Shown here: positions 1 to 12,744 of the stretch, piece by piece
Layout: the number at the start of each line of letters is the position of its first letter
Numbering within the stretch: the first letter of the stretch is position 1
From: Mobula hypostoma
Taxonomy: Eukaryota
Direction of reading: 5' to 3'
Assembly (NCBI RefSeq): GCF_963921235.1
Contig: NC_086109.1
Location: 36,954,001-37,018,000 of the forward strand
Length of the DNA: 64,000 bases
Made by a program: the position numbers and the translations under genes
Notes under the pieces: generated by a model
Told to the model about the DNA's origin: nothing
Databases searched by the model: none
Seen by the model: the letters and a program-made list of their open reading frames with translations, nothing else

Positions 1-1312
1 AAAGTCAGTTAACCTTTTAACCTAACATTGGCATGAAGCAGAATAATACTTCTTGCTTAGGAAAATCTCGCAATTCTTTGTTTTGAAGTCAGCTTGGCCT
101 AAATATCAAACTACTCTGTGGAGTCAATTTTGAATTTTGGATACTAACCAGAGGTGGGAACAACCTCTTAGCTAAGGCAGCAGCAGTAATCTGCAGGTGG
201 GTCCAAGGACAATGGTGCATGGGGGAGGGAGCTGGGTGGATGGAGAATGGACAGGCAGTAACACTTCAGACTTTCTTAAGTGGACCTAAGAAACTGACAA
301 AAACTTTTCATTAGCAGAGCCCTTTGAGTTTATTTGCCCATGAGACTTGGTGGAGTTTGTACCCATGTCAACTTCTGACCAAACGTATCAGTCAGGGTGA
401 TGTTTATATCATTGGATCCCAGTTTGCATACTCAATGGAACTGTACTTCGGATGATTAGCAGGAGCTCAGTTCCAAATCATAGCCAACTGGAATAAAGAC
501 AAAGTTTGCAATAGAATTTTGAGGTCATATTTTTTCTACTTAACTTTAAGCAAACAAAATGAAAGCAATTATCATGAATTTAAAATCAGCATGAATCAGA
601 AGCCACAATGAACTATCTCTAAACTTTTGATACATCCCTTGGCTTCATTCATAACACTCAGATTTAGATTATTAAGTATGTGGTGTAAAATTATGCAACT
701 TTTGTAGCATTGATTAATGAATTGAAAATATCCAGATCACTCTCTTCATTATTTAACAGGAAGAATTATCCTAAAGCTTTGGAATCCAGCAAACAAACAA
801 GTCTATTTATTCTTCGTACATCACTAAATAACAAAAATAATGTTTTCCATTATTGTATTGTATTTCAGACACAAACATCGACCCTGATGTTTTTTCAGTT
901 AGTTTGCATTAATGGCAAATTAGAGTAAGATTCCAAAATTCCACAAGAATTTTGTATCAAATAGATATCCTAACTTAGGATTTACTGATGGTTTTGAACA
1001 TTGACCATATTTAATTTTAGTCTGGAGAACTACCAACTTGGATTAGATGGATTTATTGTTGTGACACGTACTGATACACAGTAAAAAGCTTATGTTTGTG
1101 AGGTAGTAAACAGGAAAACAGAATGCAGAATGTAATAAAGAGAAAATGCACTGCTAACAGGCTTGAATTTCTTGTTGAAATTAATTGCTCACTTAATGTT
1201 TAAACTTGCAAATTCAAATTACATACAAACTGTGTGATTTAAACCAAATTCTTAAAACTTGAAATGAGACTAATTATATCAATTATCTTCAAAGCCAAAG
1301 ACATTTCACCAA

Positions 1313-1536
1313 AACACGAGGAATTCTGCAGGTACTGGAAATTCAAGCAACACACATCAAAGTTGCTGGTGAACGCAGCAGGCCAGGCAGCATCTCTAGG
1401 AAGAGGTACGGTCGATGTTTCAGGCCAAGACCCTTAGTCCTGACGAAGGGTCTCGTCCCGAAACATCGACTGTACCTCTTCCTAGAGATGCTGCCTGGCC
1501 TGCTGCGTTCACCAGCAACTTTGATGTGTGTTGCTT
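1313..1536 (+). mobile_element. Palindromic Penelope-derived mini-element with minimal type I hammerhead motif
   Basis: Arms 1343-~1434 and ~1446-1538 are near-perfect reverse complements. GACATTTCACCAA is repeated at 1300-1312 and 1537-1549 (TSD). Core AGTC-CTGACGA-AGGGTCTCGTCCC-GAAA-CATC-GACT lies at ~1436-1471. Confidence 0.75.
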
Positions 1537-2944
1537 GACATTTCACCAATTCCATTTTGTCTTTTTAATATTTTACTTGAAATCAATAACATGACCTGTG
1601 CATCGGTACATAGTCTCAGTTGTGAATGTACATGGCTAAATGATTTATTTCATAGCAATTTCTTAAAAACTGCTAAATGACATGGAATATAATCAGCCCC
1701 ATGAATAAAACTCCCCAACAGAAGCTAAGTGCTGTCAGTAGTGGAAAGATTCACACTGTGAATGTTTTTGTCAATAACGTAAACTTTCACTCATTGAGTT
1801 CACAGTCCTGCAATATCAAGTAGCTTAATGGTAATGTACTGAATTCTAACACTGATTACTATTTCATTAGACTTCATGTGATTTGTGTGCTGGGTAACAC
1901 AGTGTGGAGTCTGAGCAGTATTCAACTGAATTCCACGCACTGAAATGCTTCAGCTCAGCAACCTGCCCTAAGGGAGGGAGAAAAATTGCCTTATGTTTGG
2001 TTATTAAAAATGAAGCACCGATGATAGCTTAGTGAATAAATGAATTGCCTGGTGTCACATTGGGCAATAGAATAGCTCTTAGGTTCAATCATTGGTGAAA
2101 TAGCTGATCTAATAGCTTCAGTAATTCCCCTTAGTACAGAGCTGCCACTGGTTGCTTATGGTCCTGCAGTGTCACAGATTTGCTGATGACAGGAGACAGG
2201 GCAATGCCGACCACACCAGTTGGTATTTAACTGACACATGAGAGAGTTTTCTTACTCTGCTGTTTATTTTGCTTCTTGACTTGCAGCCTTAGGACAGCCA
2301 GTGATGGAAGTTCATGCTGTTATCCTCTGAGAAGTGAAAAACTAAAGAGAAGCACCATACAAAAGTCTCTGGCAACATCCATAAAACTATGAGCTCAAAA
2401 TTTGTTGAAGTATATATTGTGGCAGCTTAAGTCTGCAAATGTGTTCCCAAATTCTGCTTTTGCTGAGGTTTCTCAAAGCCAAACCTATACTCATAGACCC
2501 TTTCAATCTGGAACATATTCATTGGAATGTGCCAATGAATAAGATATTTGTAATGAATATGAAGCTTCATTACAACCTTCAATTTTTCATATATCTGAGG
2601 GATATAAAATTTAAAAAACGCACATAGTATATTTATAACTAACTTAAGGATGTGAAATAAATGTGGAAAAGAAAGGAAATTCTTAGAATAATAATCTACT
2701 TAGCTATTAACGTGCTGGTTGAAGATAAGGTTGACCTCAATGCCTGAGATGGAAAGGGGACACGCTAAATTGAGAAGCAGAAAACAAAATGATGAAACTG
2801 GTCAGCAGACCAGGCAACAACTATACATGGAGAAACAAAGTTGAAGTGCTTTCATCAGAACCAAGCAAACCTGCTAAGTAAGCTACAAAAACATCAGAAG
2901 CTTGCTTTTAAAGAATTCAATATGATACTGATGCAGCCTATACT

Positions 2945-3185
2945 CACATGAGACATAAAAAGCTGGAGTAACTCAGCAGGCCAGGCAGCATCTATGGAAA
3001 TGAATGAACAGTTGATGCTTTGGGCCAAGACTGTTCTTCAGGACTGGAAAGGAAAAGGGAACATGCCAGATTAAAAAGGTAAGGTAAGGAGAAGGAGGAC
3101 TAGATGCTGCCTGACCTGTGGAGTTCCTACAGCATTTTGTGTGTCTTGCTCTGGATTTCCAGCAACTGCGGTATCTCTTGTGTTC
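2945..3185. mobile_element. Penelope-derived short repeat (inverted halves)
   Basis: Shares the 'gctggag..aactcagcaggccaggcagcatct' and 'agatgctgcctgacctg..gagttcc' motifs with 1313-1536. Similar copies lie at ~3375-3500, 5437-5605, 10718-10920, 21690-21780, 56920-57040, 57385-57480 and 62395-62575. Confidence 0.6.
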
Positions 3186-3939
3186 ATAAGAAAACAAGTA
3201 GCTTATCTGCAAGAATAGTAGCCAAACACAAATTAAGTGTTAAATAACTAAGGAGGAAGCATACAAACAAACAAACAAAAACCAGAACAAATTATGAGAA
3301 GTGTTTAAAACAACAAAAAAGGGGTCATTGATGCATGAAGAACAGGTAAGAAAATACACAAAATATAGAAGACTTAAGAGCGAATGTAGATGCTGGAATA
3401 TGCAGCAAAAATTCTGGAGGAACTCAATGGGTCAAGAGCATTTGTAAAGGCAAAGGGATAGTTAGTGTTTCAGTTTGAGATCCTACATCAGGGGTTCAGT
3501 TTGAAATATGAAAACATACATGCTATTTCTGCATGTTTATTTGGAAAATGAAGATTGTGAATGAAAATAAGGAAATTATCATAAAGATAAAACTATACAC
3601 TCTGATTAATTTTACAAAGTCAAGAAATGATTAGCTGGAGTTCAGGAAGAAGATTGGAACACAGAAATAAAATGTCAGCAAATCAAGAGAGGTGGTCAGG
3701 AAGCAGGTGTTTCACATACATCATTGATACTGAGGTTGAGAGGGTTGAGTGTTAAAGTGCTTCAAGTTCCTAGGAATGAACTTCACCAAAAGCTTATCCT
3801 GGTTAAGTTACGTAGATGCCACAGCCAACACCTCTCCTTCCTCAGGAGGTTAAATAAATTTGTCATTTACCCATCGATCTTTAGAATTTTTATAATGCAT
3901 TACTGACAGCACTTTATCTGGATGCACCTCTTTTGGTAT

Positions 3940-4400
3940 AGCAAGTGCTCTGCATGTGATCACAAGAAACTGCAGAGAATTGTGGACCTGCACAATGGAA
4001 ACCAGCCTCCCATCCTGTGACTCTGTCTACACTTCTCACTGTCACTGTAAAACAGCCAGTGTAAGCACAAACCCCACCCTCCCTGGCTCTTCTCCCATTG
4101 GCCAGAAAATACAAAAGCCTGAAATCATGTACCACTAGTCTCAATGGTAGCTTCTATCCTACTGTTATAATACTATAGAATGGTGCCCTAGTATAATAAA
4201 ATGAAATCTTGACCTTATGATCTACCTCATTATGTACTTGCCCTGTTTCTGTTAGTCTTTATTCTGCATTCTGTTATATTATTGTTTTAACTTGTCCTAC
4301 TTCAAGGTACTGTGTAATGAATTTATCAGTATGAATAACACATAAGACAAACTTTCACTGTACCTCAACACATGTGACAGTAATAAACACACCAATTCTG
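3940..4400 (+). mobile_element. Rex1/Babar-type LINE 3' fragment
   Basis: Degenerate ORF end (TSLPSCDSVYTSHC..KTAS) followed by a 3' UTR ending 'catgtgacagtaataaac'. A similar tail lies at 60700-60915. Confidence 0.55.
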
Positions 4401-4819
4401 AATCCAATTTCAAATTTGTACTTATATTTTAGAAAGATGCTGAACATCCAAAGGATAGTAATATTGCACAGGATTCAGTTAGCCTCAGGAAAATTGTCAT
4501 GGTCCCAACGGAACGGCAGCAGCCATCCAAAGCCTTGTACTTCAAGGCCTCATGCTAAGCACTCAGTGCTCAATCATAGGAGTTCCATTTCTAGTACTTC
4601 TATTTGTGATTTTGCCTTTGGATTCAGTTTGTGTTGTCTATTTTATTTTGAGTCTGAGTTAATTCTAGACCTTACTCTGCACTGGGGTTGACCACCACCC
4701 ATAGCTCTCTAGTTACAAAAATTGCAGTAATGAAAAATATGTTGGAATTAAAGAGTGTCAAGTAATCAGTGCCTTGTGATGTCCATCCATTCTCGCTTGA
4801 TTGTAGATTGCACTGTAGG

Positions 4820-5420
4820 TTGAAGATTACGCTGTTTAAGAAAGGTGAGAAATGGAAAACAAGGAATCACAGATATAGCCAACCTAACATCTGCTGACTA
4901 AAATTGAAGATGGAAATCTTGAACATGTTGACAATTTTCATCTGATGAGAGATATCTGACATGGAATAGTGAAGGTTAAATATGCTTGACGAAGCTGATT
5001 AAATATTCTTAATTGAAGCCTAAATTAGTGGATGGAGGAAATGTCTAGAAATGTGCATATGGACCATCAAAAAGCTGTTAATACATTCCCCATGAGAGAC
5101 TATTAGTTCAATTTAAAGTTCACTGAACTGAGCACAAATTATAGACCTGATTAGGAAATTGGCTCAGCTATAGGAGACAGACACCCGGAAAAATGGATAG
5201 GAATTCAAATTACCAGATGTCCTATGCTAAGGGCACAATTATCCATTATAACCAGCTTAGATAACAGGACAGAAAATCACATTTCCCAGCTGTTAATGGT
5301 GCTGACAGCACAAAAGACTACTGGCATTGAAAGCAATGTATAGGGTAACAGTCATGCATAAGTTATAATTAAAGATAAAGCCAATGAAATGGACAAAACT
5401 ATAACAAATGGATAGCAAAG
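4820..5420 (+). mobile_element. Highly degenerate CR1 LINE ORF2 fragment
   Basis: Remnant 'ctgtttaagaaagg...ggaatcacag..aacctaacatctg' and later motifs resemble the younger CR1 copies in this window. Confidence 0.45.
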
Positions 5421-6053
5421 TTGCAAGATATGAGATTAACACATACAAAATGTTGGAGGAACTCAGCAGGCTGAGCAGCAACTATAGAAAGGAATGAAGA
5501 ATCAACATTTTGGACCAAGACAATGAGGGATGACTTGCTGAGTTCCTTCAGCATTCAACGTATGTGTCTCTCTGGATTCTCAGCACCTGCAGAATCTCTT
5601 GTGTTTAAGATATGAGGAGGCAGCTTTGGGCATTAAAATACAAAATAGAGGATATCCCAAATGCTGAAAACCTGTAATATAAAGGACTAGATGTTAAATA
5701 AATCTTAGGTAGAACCACACCTCAGCTGAGTTCAGTCTGCATTTCCAATTGCCTGCCTGTCTGTCGCATTCTAATTTTGATCTATCTACTTCTGGCATCC
5801 TGCACTGTTACAACAAGACCAAATGCAAGCTCAAGCAACAACAGATCACCTACCATTTGGATATGTTGCAGCCTTCAGAGCTTAATACCAAATTAACTGA
5901 CTTTAGGTAACTCACTTTTTTTTCTGTCTGTATCAAAATCACAATTTATCCATCTGTGTTCTGGCTCAGTCTATCTCTCTACAACTGGAGCCAAGTATGG
6001 TTAGGTTTCAAATTATAACACCTACTCCAATGTTGATCATTTCATCCTGATGT

Positions 6054-7070
6054 TGACACAGTCCAGTCTGTAAAGTCCGCATTCCGGTTCATGGTCTGGT
6101 CCATGGAATCCGTATTCTGGTTATTCCTTTTCTCCCTTGGTCCGTTGGATGCCTTAATTGAGGCACCTGATTCTCATTTCCAGCCAGCAAAATAAGTAGC
6201 TCTGGGGTCCAGTGATTCCTTGCTGGACCGTCTTCGTCAGTAACCTTGCCGGAGTGGGTCTGTCAAGTTGACCCACCGGAGTGAGTCAAGAACCACAGTC
6301 TGTAGTTCCAGGGCCTAGTCGAGAGCTCGCTGCTACTTGGAGCCACTTCATGCCAAGATAAAAGAGCTGCCTCTTGTCATGTGGTTTTGTCTCTTCATGT
6401 CATTTCCGCTGGGTAGGTCCGGCCGTTTGCCACTACCTTGAGTTGGGAACTGTCTCTGTGTGTCCTCACTTCCGCTGGGTAGGTCCGGCCATTTACCGCT
6501 ACCCTGAGAAGGGAGCAGTCTCAGTACTTTGTGCTCTGATTCTAAGAAGAGTCCCGGCTCTATGTCCTGTGTCCAAGGAGGAGCCCTGGCTCAGTGTTCC
6601 ATGTCCTGTGTCTAAGAAGAATCCCGGCTCTATGTCCTGTGTCCAAGGAGGAGCCCCGGCTCAGTGCTCCATGTCCTGTGTCTAAGTCAAGTCGGAGCCT
6701 AGTCCAAGTCAAGAGTCAAGTTCCAAGTCCAAGTCTAGAGTCTAGTCCGAGTCCAGTCCGAGCCAGGTCCGAGGCAATTCCAAGCCAAGTCCAAGTTCAG
6801 TCCAAGCCAAGTCCTAGTTCTAGTCAAGGGCCAAGTCTAGACCCAGGTACCGAGTCCCTGCCAAGACCCGTGTCCTGAGTTCCCTGTCAAGTTCAAGTCC
6901 CAAGTCCAAGTCCAGGTTTTCCGGTTTGTCACTCTTCGTCTACCTTTGTGTTATCAGTTTTGTCCTCACTCCTTGGCTTCCCTAGCATTCTTAATAAACG
7001 TAGTCCAGTTCCTAGTACTTCAGTGTCTGTGTCTTGCACTTGTGTCCACTTCCATCTCCCCCTTATGACA
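6054..7070 (+). mobile_element. Solo LTR (Gypsy-type) with internal tandem repeats
   Basis: TG...CA ends and a 5-bp TSD GATGT (6049-6053, 7071-7075). AATAAA at ~6994. Internal 2x ~67-bp and 2x ~70-bp repeats plus a CCAAGT-type hexamer array at 6685-6915. Confidence 0.8.
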
Positions 7071-7540
7071 GATGTGACTTTCTGGATTTGCCAGAATAGC
7101 TATGAGTAAGGAATGTGCAATGTACCAAGCTTGTTTTAGAACTTAAAAAGTTAGTTGAAGTTTTGATCAAAACTTTCAATTGGTAGGGGCCAAGTTCCAC
7201 TTGTTAGGAATCGAAGACCAGGAGACAAAACCTAAAAGTAAACCTAATCCATTTCTGTTCAAGTGCTAGCAGCCATTTGCAATTATTTTATCTATAAATG
7301 ATGCTAGTTTATTTCTTAGTTTTAAATTCGACATTGAATTTTCTTTCATGTTAAAGGCATCAAAAGATATAGGGAAAGGTGCGCAGGAATCTGGTCACAG
7401 ACTAACTGGTCACTAAACTTGTTGCTGTCAGAACAACCCTAAGAAGGTCAATGACTTTCATTTATAACTATGTTCATATACAGAATTCCATGTCCAGCAG
7501 GCTAATTTGCTTTTCATCAAAAATTTATCATCAACAAACA

Positions 7541-8060
7541 CAGTACTGTGCAAATGTCTTAGGCACATATAAAGATCACTAGGGTGCCTAAAACCTTTGC
7601 ACAGATGTATTAGTCAATGTGGAGCAGGGAGCGAGTTCGAAAATCTGGTAGCAGCAAAGGCTATTGGGAATGGTGAGGATGAAGTATAGGACACATGGCA
7701 GAGGAGTTCCAGGGGTGGTGGGAATGGCGTGGGTGCTGACACATCCATCCCTGAGATACCAGGCAAAGTCATTTGATTCCAAACAATTGTCCCTTTGGTG
7801 CTTCCCAGTCTTCTCCTCTTCCTTCTCCTTTTCCCAACCATGATTCTCATCTCCCTGTCCCCTTCCCACTCTCAGCCCACAAAAGAGAACCATATCAGAA
7901 TCACATTTATCGTCACTAGTATGAGTCATGAATTGCATTTTTTGCAGCAGTACAGTGCAATACATAAAATTATTATAATGCTATGTAAAGATCTTAGGCA
8001 CCTTGGATATATATATATATATATTGAACAGCATTTTATATATATATAATATACTGTATA
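7541..8060 (-). mobile_element. Tc1/mariner-like MITE-bounded composite repeat
   Basis: TIR-like CAGTACTGTGCAAA.GTCTTAGGCAC / GTGCCTAA..CTTTGCACAG at 7541-7604 and a second degenerate copy near 7978-8060. The interior matches 62120-62340 in reverse. Confidence 0.55.
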
Positions 8061-8808
8061 GTTTTTCATCCATATTTCAATTATAGTCCATTATTTCCTT
8101 TCCTTCATACTGCAGTGCTATTTTTCTGCATACATACGGAAGTCTCCAAAGTTGAAATATTAGTACTTCATCATGTAGAAATGTACTACACAAATATAGA
8201 TGTGAAGTTGGATTAAACTTGAAAGTGCATCTTATAACTTAATATTTGTGAACTTGAAGTTTAAGTAATGGAAGGAGATGGAAATGTCATGCCTTTTGCA
8301 TTTATCACTTCCTGGGTTTGAAATTATTGCTTTTAGGAACTGATTGAATAATGAAATCGCAATAGCTCTCTGCCACATTGTTCTTTAATGTCAACAATTC
8401 AGGAAATTGCTGTTAGATGGATAAATTGATTTGCTGTATTTTATCTGGGAAAGGTTATGAGGGTGAAAAGGGAGGAAAAGTCTCCCAGACAATGAGATTA
8501 AGAGAGCATTAGGGTGGCATTTATTTAATTGGGAAACCTAGGTGATGAGCCAGAGCTCATGACCCAGCAGAGCAGAAGGGGGAGATGATTAGATGAACAG
8601 ATGAATCATGTAGTAATTAGCTGCTGATTTGAACTTTGAAAACCTTTAGACTCAAGGAGAAATGTAAATCTGAAAGTGTCTGTGTCTATATCACACTCAA
8701 ATCAACCATTAAAATGATTAATTTCACAGAAATGTGCAACGGAAGTGTAATTCAACTGATTTTATACAAATCCCAAAATACAGGTGAATAAAACAAAAGA
8801 AGACTTAC

Positions 8809-8860
8809 AGCTGTATTTGCACCAGCAGGAGGTGAGTGACAGGAGAGTATCCGGTTCCAT
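8809..8860 (-). other. Candidate 52-nt host exon (gene unidentified)
   Basis: On the minus strand: acceptor 'ttacttccttttgtgaatactcactttttcag' and donor 'gtaagt'. All three frames are open (e.g. WNRILSCHSPPAGANTA or GTGYSPVTHLLLVQIQ). It lies in unique sequence. Confidence 0.35.
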
Positions 8861-8899
8861 CTGAAAAAGTGAGTATTCACAAAAGGAAGTAAATCAATG

Positions 8900-9280
8900 A
8901 GCTATCAAAGTTTCAGGCCAAGACCATTCAGCAGGGCCGGTATTAAAAAAGACGGAAGAAGAAAGGGCTTTTCTTCTGTCATGATGAGTCTACCCTCAGG
9001 GTAAAGGAGCTACACTTCATATTCTGTCTAGATAGCCTCCAATCTGATGGCATGAGCATCGATTTCTTTAACTTCTGGTAATGTTTTCCCTTCCCCTTTC
9101 ATCTTCTTCATTTTCCTTCATTTTTCTGGCCTCTTACCTCTTCTCCTCACCTCCCCCTGGTGCCTCTCCTCCTTCCCTTTTTCCCATGGTCCACTCTCCT
9201 CTCCAATCAGATTCCTTCTTCTCCAGCCCTTTACTATTCCCACCTATCTCCTCCAAACTTCTTACTTCATCTCTTTCCCT
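8900..9280 (+). mobile_element. Penelope-like 3' fragment
   Basis: 'ggagctacacttcatattctgtctagatagcctccaatctgatggcatgagcatcgatttc' resembles the end of a Penelope GIY-YIG region and is followed by a C/T-rich tract. An inverted hammerhead-type repeat precedes it. Confidence 0.5.
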
Positions 9281-9659
9281 GTTGGCCAGAAAGAACTACA
9301 GTCTACAATCAGTGAAATTGAATGAATCAAGGACAGTGGAAGCAGATGGGCCAGTTGCCTCTGTTCTTGCCATGAGGAAGGATATAGAAGCTGCCATTTT
9401 ATGAAGCTGTTCTGTGTTCTCCTTTTTGTGAATTCAAGTTGCTTGGCTTGATCAGTGTTTTAATGTAGACACAATTGTGCTCCAAGTAATCTATTGAACT
9501 AGGGATCATTTCCAAATAAGAAGTTATTTATTTACAAATAAGAAGTCAGTAACATGCAGGTTTTGATGGTTGCGGTCTGTATTTGGATTGTGTAATTCAA
9601 GTTGGTTGCTGATTGAGAACAAAGAGCCATAAATTACAGATTGGAAATGGTAGGCATGC

Positions 9660-10400
9660 CAAGTTTCGGCAACCCTGGCTGTTGAGAGATATCAAAGCTC
9701 TGATGAGGATAAACAAGGAAACATTGTGTTTAGGCAGTTAAGTAATTGTCAGGAGGGCAAAAAAGGGTATGATATAAATTTGCAGGCAGGGTTAAAGATA
9801 ATTCCAAGAAGTTCTTCACTATATTAACAGTCAAAGGATGACTAGGTCCTCTTAAAGACTATCAGGGCTGCCTATTTGTGGAGTTGCAGGAGAGGGTTGA
9901 AATTTTTGTCTATTTCTCCTTGGCATTTATTAAAGAGAATATCATGGGAATGAGGGTGATAAGTAGTGAGATCTGGGATCATATGCATTTAACAAGGAAG
10001 GAACTGTTTGAAGCCTTGAAGTCATTAGGTGGGCAGATCTCCAACCTGGCCAAGTGCAGCTCTGAACTCCATGAGAGGTCAAGGAAGAAATCACAGGGGC
10101 CTTTTTGGAGATATCTGCAGAGTTCCAGAATACTGGAGGGTGGCTAATGTTGCTTCATTGTTCAAGAAGGAGCAAGGAAAAGCCATGGAACTGCTGGCCA
10201 CAGAGCCTGACTTCAGTTGTAGGGAATTTACTGGAAGAAATTCTGAGGAACAAGATCTAACATCACTTGGAGAGTCAAGCTCTTTTCAGGAATAGTCAGC
10301 ATGGTTTTGTGCATAGGAGGTCATGTTTAATTAGGTTTTTGGAGCTTTTTGAAGAATTAACTAAGTGGATAGATGAAGGTAGGCCAGTAGATGGTATCTA
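9660..10400 (+). mobile_element. CR1 LINE ORF2 fragment (degenerate)
   Basis: RVPEYWRVANVASLFKK and NSQHGFVHRRSCL..FLELFEELT motifs across frameshifts. Confidence 0.8.
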
Positions 10401-11024
10401 TATATTGATCTTTGTTATATGGGGGGTTTTAATGGGTTCTATTGTGTTTCTCCATTTTGTGGCTGCCTATCAGAAGAGAAATCTCAAAGTTGTATACAGT
10501 ATATATACTCTGATAATAAATGTACTTTGAACTTTGAAGATGCAGTATAAATACTCCAGTAATGTACAGAGTTTCAATTATGATCTCTTAACCAATCCAA
10601 AGCAAAAATACACATGATCAGATGCCTCTAACTTTCATTACTTTGAAGACCTCTTTGATCAGCATTTGATCCCAGTGAAATATCCAAATATTGCAATCAA
10701 TCAAAGTTTTAGTAGAGATACACACAAAATGCTGAAGTAACTCTGCAAGTCAGGCAGCATATCTGGAGGCAAATACAACATTGATGTTTCAGCCTGAAAC
10801 CCTTCATCAGGACTGGAAAGGTAGGAGGTAGAAGCTAGAATCTTCCAACATCTTCCAGAATTCTTCCAATGTTTTCAATGTTTTGCTGAAGATTTGCAGC
10901 ATCTGCAGAATCTCTTGTTTCAATGTTTAATATTGACCACAAGTCTCCAAAGATCATTTAACCTCAGCAGATCTTTCACCACTAGCAACATCTCCTCTGG
11001 TTGCCAACTGTATTCAATCAAAAA

Positions 11025-12184
11025 AATTGGCTTACAGGAAGAAAGCAAAGGGTACTAGTGGAAGGAAAGTATTCTGCCTGGAGGTCAGTGGCTAGTGGAG
11101 TGCCGCAAGGATCTGTCTAGGGACCCCTGCTCTTTGTGATTTTAATAAATGACCTGGATGAAGAGGCGGAAGGATGGGTGAGTAAGTTTGTGGAAAACAC
11201 GAAGATTGGAGGAGTTGTGGATGGAGCTGTAGGTTCTCAAAGGTTACAAGAGGATATAGACAGGATGCAGAGTTGGGCAGAAAAATGGCAGATGGAGTTC
11301 AATCCGGATAAGTGTGAGGTGATGCACTTTGGAAGGACAAACCAGAAGGCTGAGTACAGGGTTAATGGTCAGTTACTTAAGAGTGTGGATGAACAGGGGG
11401 ACCTTGGGGTTCAAATCCATACATCCCTCAAGGTCGCTGCACAGATTGATAGGATAGTTAAGTAGGCCTATAGGATGCTAGGCTTCATTAATAGGGGGAT
11501 TGGGTTCAAGAGTAGAGAGGTCATATTGTAACTCTACAAACCTCTGGTGAGACCATACTTAGAGTATTGTGTTCAGTTCTGGTCACCTCATTATAGGAAG
11601 GATGCGGAAGATATGGAAAGGGTGCAGAGGAGATTTACCAGGATGTTGCCTTGGCCCGAAACATGGACTGTACCTCTTCCTATAGATGCTGCCTGGCCTG
11701 CTGCATTCACCAGCAGTTTTTATTGTGTTGCTTATGAGGCAAGGTTAGCAGAATTGGGACTTTTCTCTTCAGAGCGTAGAAGGATGAGAGGGGACTTGAT
11801 AGAGGTCTACAAGATTATGAGAGGCATAGATAGGGTGGATAGCCTGTACCTGTTTCCCAGGGCATGAATAGCAAACATCAGAGGGCATATGTACAAAGTT
11901 AAGGGAGGAAAGTTTAGGGGAGACATCAAGGGTAAGTTTTTTACACAGAGGGTTGTGGGTGCCTGGAATGACTTGCCAGGGATGGTGGTGGAGCCTAAAA
12001 CATTAGGGGTATGTAAGAGCCTCTTGGACAGGAACATGGATGAAAGAAAAATAAAGGGTTAGGGGATAGTGTGGGTTTAGTACTTTTTTTTAAGGAATAT
12101 ATGGGTTGGCACAACATCGAGGGCCGAAGGGCCTGTACTGTGCTGTAGTATTCTAGTGTCTAGTGTCTAGTGTCTAGTGTCTAG
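11025..12184 (+). mobile_element. CR1 (HER1-like) LINE, 5'-truncated, with (TCTAGTG)n tail
   Basis: RT C-terminal motifs INDLDE..KFVENTK, WAEKWQMEFNPDKC, RPYLEYCVQFWSP and RRMRGDLIEVYK. It carries an in-frame stop and a degenerate FADD. The 3' end is 'gggccgaagggcctgtactgtgctgt' plus a tandem tail. Confidence 0.92.
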
Positions 12185-12744
12185 ATAAAGCACTCCTCCC
12201 CACATTCCTGTAGAGATTAATTATATTAAGAAAATGTCTCTGGATTCTTGTGTCCTTTTCCCATCTGTAGGTTGCCGGAGACACCAATGTAATTAAATCC
12301 TTCCAATATATCTCCACTGGCATTGCTGTGCTTGACACGTTGTTGTGCTGACTTGTGTTGAGCCACTGCAAAGACTGTTGTAATTCTATGACCAGCAAAG
12401 GGAGATTATTTTCCAAAAAAAAAATTCCAATGCTCAATTATCTCAAAACTGGTATCATTTGGAGGGACAAAATTAAATTTGTACCTTATTTATTTTTTGC
12501 ATTATGATATTCTAGTCAGCACAACCAGTAAGTCCCCTGTATTCAAAGGTTCCGTTTCAAAGGATAACATGATCGGTGTTGAAAAAAGGATGCACTTACA
12601 GAAAGAAGACAAAAGTACAAACAGTACCAATAGATTAAAAAAGGATGAATCACATTTAAGTCTATAGACCATCTCACAGTGAAGAGAAGTGAGGAAAGCT
12701 GACAAATTTGTAAAATAAATAAAAATACAAATGCTAATTTATTT

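Noticed and set aside
6374..6878. Repetitive ORFs (CPVSKEEP; VQVKSQVPSP)
   Set aside because: Translation of LTR tandem repeats.
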